A DNA stretch of 24,554 nt from a virus (taxonomy: Duplodnaviria; Heunggongvirae; Uroviricota; Caudoviricetes). Positions 17,124 through 24,552 of this stretch are shown piece after piece. Position numbers and translations under genes: made by a program. The first letter of the stretch is position 1; every line of letters starts with the position of its first letter. The notes under the pieces were generated by a model, which worked only from the letters and a program-made list of their open reading frames with translations, did not search any database and had not been told where the DNA came from. The DNA is taken from positions 64,001 through 88,554 of the IMG/VR virus record IMGVR_UViG_3300032116_000094; one strand, 5' to 3'.

Positions 17124-18914
17124 TTAACTTACACATGTTCCCCAAACTATTGTCACAACAGTAGATCCTATTAATATTGTTGACCCACTAGACGGTATGG
17201 ATGTTCCATTTATTTTTACATTATATAATGTGTATCTAATCGGAGTGCCTCCTCCTCCTGAATTCCAATAACCTGTTTTAGTGTCTGGAGTTAAAGATAC
17301 TATCCCAGAATTACCAGTGTTAAATGTTACTAGACTGCTCAGATTATTATATTGAGCACCAGCAACACCTGATGTACAACCTATATCATCATAACCATCA
17401 CCAAAAACTGTTGAAACTGTTAAGTTACCTGTTATAGGTGTATTTAGTTCCGCAACAAATATTGGGAACGATGAACTAGATATATTGTCCATTGTTAAAT
17501 ATAATGTTGGGATAACGTCTGTCGGTGTTGGTGTTGGTGTTGAAGTCGGTGTATTCGTAGGAGTGCTTGTTGGTGCCGGAGCAGGTGTCGAAGTTGGGCC
17601 TGTTGCCGTTGGAGATAATGTAGGTGTTGGTGATATCGTGCTTGTTGGTGTTATTGTCGGTGTAGGTGTTGGCGTTGGAGTTATTGAACAGTTATCACAA
17701 CCTGGACCTAAAACCCATATTATGTCATTGAGGATAGCATTTGACGAATTACTTGATAATGACTCGTATGTTACACATTTTGAAACGCCATTTATTACAC
17801 AATTAAATGTAACTCCAGTCTCAATTGATAATCCTGAAAATACCAATGAGTCAACAACATAGTATGTGTCTCCTGATATACAATCAACTAGTTTTTTTGT
17901 TTTAGTATCTGTAAATGTATCATCAACTAAAGTATATGTTACATCACCACTAAAGCAAACGCTATAACCCGTTATTGGTGTTGCCGTAGGTGTCGCACTA
18001 GGTGTTGGTGTAGGTAATGTTGTAGCACTTAAAGAAATACTAGATAACGAACAATCAGATGTCGGCGTTGGTGTCGGTGTTGGTGTTGGAGTAGATGTCG
18101 GTGTAGGGCTTATTGTTGCTGTTGGTGTTGGTGTTATTATCTCACAATTAAAATACGCATTAAAATCAAAATCGTCGCATATTGCAGGTGTTGGCGTTGG
18201 TGTTACAACACAAACTCCTTCTGTTAATTCAGATAATGAAATGTCTGGGCAATTTTCGTAACAAGGAACTTTACCAAATAAAAAACAATCTCCACCCAAA
18301 CTATCAGATAAACACCATTTATACCCTGTATTATATAAATACCCTATTTGATCTGTACCCCCAGTATAATACGCATATCCATTATAGTTACCAACTTTAT
18401 TATAGGTCCCATCATTATCAAAATAATTATTAGTATCTAAGCAATATTGGTTAATCGGACATTCAGGCCCTATATACGTAGGTGTCGGTGTTGGTGATGG
18501 TGTAGGTGTAGGCGTTTGTGTTGGTGTAGGTGTAGGGCATGTTATGCAGCCTTCACAACTAACTTGCTGGACAAATATACCTGTTGTCCCATCATATACT
18601 GTTCCTCCACCTAAATTATCTATATAGGTGCAACCAGTATATCCTGAAACAGTAACGTGATAAAAGTTAGAAACTAATTGTGCCGGAATACCACTAACTG
18701 TAAATGTTATGCCACTATCACAACAATCCGTAAAATTGTATTGATAACTAGCACAGGCTGGACTACAACTCATGTCAGTTAATGTTATTCCAGAATATGA
18801 GTAATCGTCATTTAAACAAATTGGTGTACCAATAGTAGATCCGCTTTGGAAATAACCGCAACAATCTGTATATTGCCAGGAGCTAGAATTAGTTACACCA
18901 GATAGACAAGCCAT
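17124..18914 (-). CDS. Putative virion fibre/decoration protein with Cys-rich modules joined by mucin-like Pro-Thr linkers
   Basis: 596 aa; DCC/DC...CxxC modules; several PT tracts; TATTTATA upstream. Confidence 0.75.
   Translation of the reverse strand: MACLSGVTNSSSWQYTDCCGYFQSGSTIGTPICLNDDYSYSGITLTDMSCSPACASYQYNFTDCCDSGITFTVSGIPAQLVSNFYHVTVSGYTGCTYIDNLGGGTVYDGTTGIFVQQVSCEGCITCPTPTPTQTPTPTPSPTPTPTYIGPECPINQYCLDTNNYFDNDGTYNKVGNYNGYAYYTGGTDQIGYLYNTGYKWCLSDSLGGDCFLFGKVPCYENCPDISLSELTEGVCVVTPTPTPAICDDFDFNAYFNCEIITPTPTATISPTPTSTPTPTPTPTPTSDCSLSSISLSATTLPTPTPSATPTATPITGYSVCFSGDVTYTLVDDTFTDTKTKKLVDCISGDTYYVVDSLVFSGLSIETGVTFNCVINGVSKCVTYESLSSNSSNAILNDIIWVLGPGCDNCSITPTPTPTPTITPTSTISPTPTLSPTATGPTSTPAPAPTSTPTNTPTSTPTPTPTDVIPTLYLTMDNISSSSFPIFVAELNTPITGNLTVSTVFGDGYDDIGCTSGVAGAQYNNLSSLVTFNTGNSGIVSLTPDTKTGYWNSGGGGTPIRYTLYNVKINGTSIPSSGSTILIGSTVVTIVWGTCVS
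17521..18536 (-). repeat. Multiple Pro-Thr tracts within the 596-aa gene (about 17521-17685, 17975-18135, 18185-18205, 18477-18536)
   Basis: Runs of ggtgtt/ggtgtc/ggtgta; tract boundaries are approximate. Confidence 0.8.
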
Positions 18915-18930
18915 GAATAATGTTTTATAC

Positions 18931-18938
18931 TATAAATA
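18931..18938 (-). promoter_or_regulatory. Candidate late promoter TATTTATA
   Basis: Lies 16 nt upstream of the ATG at 18914, in the divergent intergenic region. Confidence 0.5.
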
Positions 18939-18992
18939 ACTAGAATTTAATTTTTTTGATAAAATCAATGAAAAATAATAAGCTAATTTATT

Positions 18993-19000
18993 TAATTTTG
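18993..19000 (+). promoter_or_regulatory. Possible Bacteroidota -7 element TAATTTTG for the glycosyltransferase operon
   Basis: Matches TAnnTTTG 30 nt upstream of ATG 19031; the region is very AT-rich, so a chance match is possible. Confidence 0.3.
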
Positions 19001-19030
19001 AATTAAAAAACATTATTTTTTTAACAAAAA

Positions 19031-19972
19031 ATGAAAAAAGTATTCCTAGATTTATCCGAAGCAAAAGGCTTAGGTGATACGCTATCAGCAACCCCTGTTA
19101 TTAGGAAATTAAAAGAATCATATGGTTCCAAAATATATGTCATAACGAATTATCCTGAGTTATTCCATAATAACAGAAATGTTGAAAAAGCTTATTATGT
19201 AAATGCAATTAATATAGAAAATGTAAAATCAACACAGATATATCATTCATCATTCAATAATGTTGGTAAGAAAAATGAGTTTGGTGTTGAATTTAAAAGT
19301 AATGTATGTGATATAAGACAATATCATGCTATGACGCTTGGCTTTCAATTATCTGAAGATGATTTGTATACAGAATATGAACCCGATGAATATATACCAA
19401 TTGATGGACTACCAGAAAAATTCGTTTTAATCCATCCCGCAGAAAATTGGCCCTCAAGAACCTGGGATAAAGACAAATGGGCCGATCTTGTTAATTTATT
19501 ATGCGGAAATAATATAAATGTTGTTATTACAGGTAAAAACACCGAGGAATATGGATTTTTTCACATTACAAAAAAAATATTTAGCATAAAACAAGACTTG
19601 GTTTTAGATTTATCAAACAAAAGTAATATATCGCAAACCTGGCACTTAATTGATAAATCTTCTTGTTTTGTAACAATGGATTCAGGACTGCTGCATTTAG
19701 CAGGAACAACAGATGCCGAAATAATTCAACTCGGAAGCTCCATAAATAACGAATTTAGAGCCCCATATAGATATATGTCACAAGATTACAAATACCATTA
19801 TATCTCAGGTCCTTGTGGAATATTTTGTGCTTCAGACATGAAATATGGTGTTAGAGAATGGGGTACAATACATGGTGTTCCCCCATTAATTGGCTGCTTA
19901 GAAAATAAACCTGAATTTGAATGCCACCCATCGGTAATTGATGTTTACGAAACAATTATGAAAATCATATGA
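19031..19972 (+). CDS. Glycosyltransferase family 9 (heptosyltransferase-like, GT-B) with a C-terminal four-Cys cluster
   Basis: GLGDTLSATPVIRKLK, VLIHP...SRTWDKDKW and FVTMDSGLLHLA are GT9 motifs; C-x3-C-x22-C-x8-C at 19814-19924. Confidence 0.85.
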   Translation: MKKVFLDLSEAKGLGDTLSATPVIRKLKESYGSKIYVITNYPELFHNNRNVEKAYYVNAINIENVKSTQIYHSSFNNVGKKNEFGVEFKSNVCDIRQYHAMTLGFQLSEDDLYTEYEPDEYIPIDGLPEKFVLIHPAENWPSRTWDKDKWADLVNLLCGNNINVVITGKNTEEYGFFHITKKIFSIKQDLVLDLSNKSNISQTWHLIDKSSCFVTMDSGLLHLAGTTDAEIIQLGSSINNEFRAPYRYMSQDYKYHYISGPCGIFCASDMKYGVREWGTIHGVPPLIGCLENKPEFECHPSVIDVYETIMKII

Positions 19973-22900
19973 ATAATAAACTTAAATTTGATAAAGCGTA
20001 TATTTTGTATGCAACCGAAAATTATTTTCCAGTAATAGAATGTACTATAACTAGTATTAGGAAGTTCTCTAAATTACCGATAATAGTTTATTCTATAAAT
20101 AAAAAATTTGAAACATCTAATAATGACGTATATTGTGAAGTAATGTATAATATACATTTAAGGCATAAAAATAATGATGATTTATACATTAAAGGATTGG
20201 ATGAATCTAATTTTTATATTAAAAGAGAAAACCCTCACATATATTCAATATTAATCCAAAAACCATTTATAACAATACATGCCTTAGAAAATTATGCTAA
20301 AACAGTATTCTTTATTGATGCCGACTCAGTTATATTCAACAATATTGACATTTTTTTTGATTTATATCCAGAAAATGAAAATATTCCTTATTTTACCAAA
20401 GGCATTTATGATTTTTTAGCATATAACGAAATTGGTCATGAAGACGGTTTAGAAAATACCGTTGAACACAAATTATGCGAATTATTGAATATTGATCAAT
20501 CATTTAGGCTAAATACAAGTTATAGGCAATCTGGTTATTATATATCAGGCCAGAAGAGTATACCATTTTTAAATGAATGGTATATTACTTGCGGAATGGA
20601 TATAATATTTAGGAACCATGCAATTTATGCCCCTTATAACGAAGAAACCGTATTAAACTGCTTATTATGGAAATATAAAATAGATAAGGGTTTGCCTTTA
20701 ATATATGTTAACGGATCGTTAGATAGAATTGATATTATCAATGATAACAAAAATTATTTAGGTATTGAAAACGAAATACAAGAATGGTTTAAACTACCTC
20801 CCCAGAAAAATTCTGTGTATTTTATACATGGTGAAAAAAGACCAAATATTATTATGGATATGATAAATAAAATTGATGAAATAAAAAACCGAGATAGCGG
20901 AAAAAAAACAAATATATTGTATTTAGCCCCTCATTTATCAACAGGTGGTATGCCAGCTTTTCTACTAAAAAGAATTGAGGCCATAAAAAAATACTATAAT
21001 GACGAATTTAATATTTTTGTTGTTGAATATACAAATTATGGCGATGCATTTTCAGTGCAAAAAGATATGATAAAAACTATGATCGATTCTGATAAGTTTT
21101 ATTCCTTAGGATATTTAGGTGAACCTATTGATAATAAATACAAGTTATTGGATATTATTAAATATAATAATATAGACGTAGTACATATTGATGAACCAAT
21201 TGAAGGCTTTGACTCATTTAATCCTGTGCCAAGAGATTTAATTAACCTACTATATTCTGAGGACAGATCTTGGAATATTGTCGAAACATGCCATAATGTT
21301 GTATTTAATCCTAAACAATCAAAAGAATTTCATCCTGACGCATATGCTTTATGCTCAAAATATCATAAAAATGTAACTTTTGCTGATGAAAAAGAAATTT
21401 TAGAGTTAATTGAATATCCGATTGAAAATTTCAAAAAAACAAAAGCTGAAAAATTAAAAGCGCAATTAAGTTTAAATTTAGATCCTGAAGTAAGACACGT
21501 ATTAAATGTCGGTATTTGGACACCAGGTAAAAATCAAAAAGAATTCGTAGAAATTGCAAAATTGTTTGAAAACAATAACAATTTACATTTTCATGCTATT
21601 GGTTCCTTAGCACCTAATTTTGAAGACTATTGGGGCCCAATTGTTGAAAATTTACCTAAGAACATAACTGTATGGGGTGAAAGAAATGACGTTCATGCAT
21701 TTATGGCAGCTTCTGATGTTTTAATATTTAACTCAACATTTGAGTGTAACCCAATAACTCTAAAAGAAGCTATATCTTTTGGATTGAAAATATTAGCAAG
21801 AGATCTAAATGTTTATTTAGACACATACTCACAATATATTATACCAATAGATGATAATATTTTAGACACAAAAAATAAATTAGAAAAAATTGTAAATTCA
21901 AAATTATTTTCATATACAGCAACTAATGAACAGAATTCTTTTGCGGAAAAACATGTTAATTTATATCTAAATTTAAAAAACAAAGAATCCAAATATAAAT
22001 TAGATATAGCTCAATCATTTGTTGGTCAACCTTATTTTGAAATAAAAGGAAAGGATAATAACACATATCACGTAGAATTTATTGATGAAAATAACACACT
22101 TGTTTATTCTGAAAATATCACCACAAATACTTGGATAAGACTTAACCGAAAATATTATACAAAATGGAAAACTAATGTATCTATTGATGATAAAATTATA
22201 TATTCAAAAACATTATCATTAAAAAATGAAAGAGTTTATATCGCATTCGATAGTAACTCGTTAGGCGATACAATTGCTTGGATGCCATATTGCTTAGAAT
22301 TTAAGAAAAAACACAATTGTTATTTGATTGTATCAACATTTTGGAATAAATTATTTGTTGATGTTTACCCTGAAATTGAGTTCGTAACTCCTGGTGATAT
22401 TGTTTATGACTTATACGCGATGTATAACATAGGATATTATTATGATAATAATAGTGCCCCAGAAAACCCTCAAATAATACCCTTGCAAAAGGTGGCAACA
22501 AACATTTTAGGATTAAATTACCATGAAATTTCTCCAAGGATTAAATTTAATCCGGGGAAAAGACCTATTGAATCTAGATACGTTACCATAGCAACAGATT
22601 CTACAGCCCAACTAAAATATTGGAATTATCCTAGAGGTTGGGAAATACTTTGTGAGTATCTTCAAAATTGCGGATATAAAGTTATCTCTGTCTCAAAAGA
22701 AGCGTCTAAAATTAATGGGGTTATAAACTTATCCGATACATCAATAGAAAATACTATGAATGTGATTCATCATAGTGAGTTTTTAATCGGTTTATCTAGC
22801 GGTCTATCATGGCTTGCTTGGGCATTAGATAAACATGTTGTTATGATCGCTAATTTCACGGATGAGGACCAAGAATTTAAATCAAATTGTACTAGAATTA

Positions 22901-23079
22901 TTAATAAATCAGTATGTAACAGTTGTTGGAATAACCCATTATTTAAATTCGACAAATCAGATTGGAACTGGTGTCCAGAACATAAAAATACTCCTAGGCA
23001 ATTTGAATGCCATAAATCTATAACGCCAGATATGGTGTTTCAAAGAATAAAAAAAGACATATTTAAGTATGAAAATTGA
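19969..23079 (+). CDS. Three-domain glycosyltransferase: GT-A (DxD), GT4 (GT-B), and TibC/Aah-like autotransporter strand-loop-strand O-heptosyltransferase domain
   Basis: N-terminal FFIDADS...EETVLN...FIHG (about 19969-20890); middle APHLSTGG, NVGIWTPGKNQ, SDVLIFNSTFECNPITLKEAISFG (about 20905-21980); C-terminal SLGDTIAWMPY, STAQLKYWN, IGLSSGLSWLAWA and CNSCW-x14-CPEHKNTPRQFEC (about 21990-23079). Confidence 0.88.
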   Translation: MNNKLKFDKAYILYATENYFPVIECTITSIRKFSKLPIIVYSINKKFETSNNDVYCEVMYNIHLRHKNNDDLYIKGLDESNFYIKRENPHIYSILIQKPFITIHALENYAKTVFFIDADSVIFNNIDIFFDLYPENENIPYFTKGIYDFLAYNEIGHEDGLENTVEHKLCELLNIDQSFRLNTSYRQSGYYISGQKSIPFLNEWYITCGMDIIFRNHAIYAPYNEETVLNCLLWKYKIDKGLPLIYVNGSLDRIDIINDNKNYLGIENEIQEWFKLPPQKNSVYFIHGEKRPNIIMDMINKIDEIKNRDSGKKTNILYLAPHLSTGGMPAFLLKRIEAIKKYYNDEFNIFVVEYTNYGDAFSVQKDMIKTMIDSDKFYSLGYLGEPIDNKYKLLDIIKYNNIDVVHIDEPIEGFDSFNPVPRDLINLLYSEDRSWNIVETCHNVVFNPKQSKEFHPDAYALCSKYHKNVTFADEKEILELIEYPIENFKKTKAEKLKAQLSLNLDPEVRHVLNVGIWTPGKNQKEFVEIAKLFENNNNLHFHAIGSLAPNFEDYWGPIVENLPKNITVWGERNDVHAFMAASDVLIFNSTFECNPITLKEAISFGLKILARDLNVYLDTYSQYIIPIDDNILDTKNKLEKIVNSKLFSYTATNEQNSFAEKHVNLYLNLKNKESKYKLDIAQSFVGQPYFEIKGKDNNTYHVEFIDENNTLVYSENITTNTWIRLNRKYYTKWKTNVSIDDKIIYSKTLSLKNERVYIAFDSNSLGDTIAWMPYCLEFKKKHNCYLIVSTFWNKLFVDVYPEIEFVTPGDIVYDLYAMYNIGYYYDNNSAPENPQIIPLQKVATNILGLNYHEISPRIKFNPGKRPIESRYVTIATDSTAQLKYWNYPRGWEILCEYLQNCGYKVISVSKEASKINGVINLSDTSIENTMNVIHHSEFLIGLSSGLSWLAWALDKHVVMIANFTDEDQEFKSNCTRIINKSVCNSCWNNPLFKFDKSDWNWCPEHKNTPRQFECHKSITPDMVFQRIKKDIFKYEN

Positions 23080-23434
23080 GGTATCAATTGGAGAAATTGT
23101 AGATAAGTTATCTATTTTACAAATAAAAAAAGAAAATATATCCGATGTTAATAAATTGTATAACGTAAATAATGAATTTAGTTATTTACATGATATTGTA
23201 TTCAATGAGCTTAAAATCAGTGATGACGATTATTATAATCTTTTAATTATTAATAAAAGCTTGTGGGATATTGAAGATCATATACGAAAAAAAGAAATCG
23301 ATAAATCATTCGATGATGAGTTTATCGATTTAGCTAGAAAAGTTTATATTACAAACGACAAAAGATCCGTTATAAAAAAAGAAATAAATATAAAATATAA
23401 CTCATTATTTGTTGAAGAAAAATCTTACAAATAA
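23069..23434 (+). CDS. DUF6165-like protein
   Basis: VSIGEIVDKLSILQIK...INKSLWDIED..R...FIDLARKVYITNDKRSVIKKEIN...VEEKSY matches the recalled family pattern, which is commonly found beside glycosyltransferases. Confidence 0.75.
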   Translation: MKIEVSIGEIVDKLSILQIKKENISDVNKLYNVNNEFSYLHDIVFNELKISDDDYYNLLIINKSLWDIEDHIRKKEIDKSFDDEFIDLARKVYITNDKRSVIKKEINIKYNSLFVEEKSYK

Positions 23435-23471
23435 AAAAAAATGTGGCAGAATTAACTGCCACATTTTTTTT
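23434..23471. terminator. Bidirectional intrinsic terminator between convergent genes
   Basis: A8-tgtggcag-aattaa-ctgccaca-T8, a perfect inverted repeat with a poly-T run on both strands. Confidence 0.85.
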
Positions 23472-24552
23472 ATGATAATATAGTGAAAACTAATTGTGGA
23501 TGGAAATATAATGTATATTCACTTAAAGCTACGCCAATTATCTGTACTACGTCATCTTTGGCTGATGGCGGTGTTGTAGTTATATTTCCTGCTGTAGTAC
23601 TTAAATACCAAATAGTATTAGGACCACCATATGCTCCAACACCTGAAGACACTTTTGTTACAAACCCGTGCATCAAAAAGTTTCCTGCTGCACCACTACT
23701 TAAGCTTGTTTCAAGACATAAAGCTATTGCAGGAGCTGTAGAGCCCGTATCTGCGTCAGCTTTTTTAAATTGACCAAGTGTTGCGTCAATATATACAACA
23801 TCACCAAACGCTAATGATTCACCAGCAGTAAATCTGGTTATCATACCCCAACCCGCAGAGCCTGTTGTTCCTGTTGAAATTGGGTATATTGAGGTTATAC
23901 CTGTAAGTGCTGGTGATGTTCCCGAAGTGCCAGATGTTCCACTCGAACCTGATGATCCGCTTGAGCCAGAAGACCCTGATGAACCACTTGAACCTGAAGA
24001 GCCAGAAGATCCTGATGTACCAGAAGATCCCGACCTACCGGATGTACCTGATGTTCCACTCGAACCTGATGATCCGCTTGAGCCAGAAGACCCTGATGAA
24101 CCACTTGAACCTGAAGAGCCAGAAGATCCTGATGTACCAGAAGATCCTGACCTACCGGATGTGCCTGATGTACCACTCGAACCTGATGATCCGCTTGAGC
24201 CAGAAGACCCTGATGAACCACTTGAACCTGAAGAGCCAGAAGATCCTGATGTACCAGAAGATCCTGACCTACCGGATGTGCCAGAAGTACCAGAAGAGCC
24301 TGACGAACCGCTCGAACCAGATGAGCCAGAAGAGCCTGATGACCCGCTTGAACCACTCGAACCAGATGAGCCAGATGTACCAGAAGAGCCTGATGACCCG
24401 CTTGAACCACTCGAACCAGATGAGCCAGATGTGCCAGAAGAGCCTGATGACCCGCTTGAACCGCTCGAACCAGATGAGCCAGATGTACCAGAAGAGCCAG
24501 ATGATCCTGACGAACCGCTCGAACCAGATGAGCCAGATGTACCAGAAGAGCC
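23470..24552 (-). CDS. Collagen-like Gly-Ser/Thr-Ser fibre protein with a C-terminal DUF2190/capsid-cement-like domain (5' end beyond the window)
   Basis: The frame of track ORF 23470..23844 stays open to the window end: (GSS/GTS)n-PALTGITSIYPISTGTTGSAGWG-MITRFTAGESLAFGDVVY...KADA...YLSTTAGNITTTPPS...VVQIIGVA. Confidence 0.85.
   Translation of the reverse strand, partial: GSSGTSGSSGSSGSSGSSGSSGTSGSSGSSGSSGSSGSSGTSGSSGSSGSSGSSGSSGTSGSSGSSGSSGSSGSSGSSGSSGSSGSSGTSGTSGRSGSSGTSGSSGSSGSSGSSGSSGSSGSSGSSGTSGTSGRSGSSGTSGSSGSSGSSGSSGSSGSSGSSGSSGTSGTSGRSGSSGTSGSSGSSGSSGSSGSSGSSGSSGSSGTSGTSGTSPALTGITSIYPISTGTTGSAGWGMITRFTAGESLAFGDVVYIDATLGQFKKADADTGSTAPAIALCLETSLSSGAAGNFLMHGFVTKVSSGVGAYGGPNTIWYLSTTAGNITTTPPSAKDDVVQIIGVALSEYTLYFHPQLVFTILS
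23914..24552 (-). repeat. 71 consecutive 9-bp Gly-X-Y units with higher-order 117-bp x3 (23932-24282) and 54-bp x3 (24328-24489) duplications
   Basis: Walked codon by codon: Gly at every third residue, X/Y positions all Ser or Thr except three Arg, one per 117-bp unit. Confidence 0.92.

Noticed and set aside
20905-21980. GT4 domain as a T4-like DNA glucosyltransferase
   Set aside because: Not excluded, but there are no base-modification genes nearby and it is fused to a TibC-like protein glycosyltransferase, so it was not called.
1021-23773. Short antisense or off-frame ORFs in the track (1021, 3752, 4982, 5576, 6650, 6884, 7675, 9929, 10439, 10927, 12016, 13051, 15119, 16557, 17485, 18182, 19345, 22301, 22770, 23483)
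   Set aside because: All lie within longer, motif-supported genes and have no recognisable motifs or start context.
23895-24410. 171-aa ORF (MVQAGHQALL...) in the track
   Set aside because: It is an alternative-frame reading of the GSS/GTS repeat; the frame continuous with the C-terminal domain is the Gly-X-Y one.
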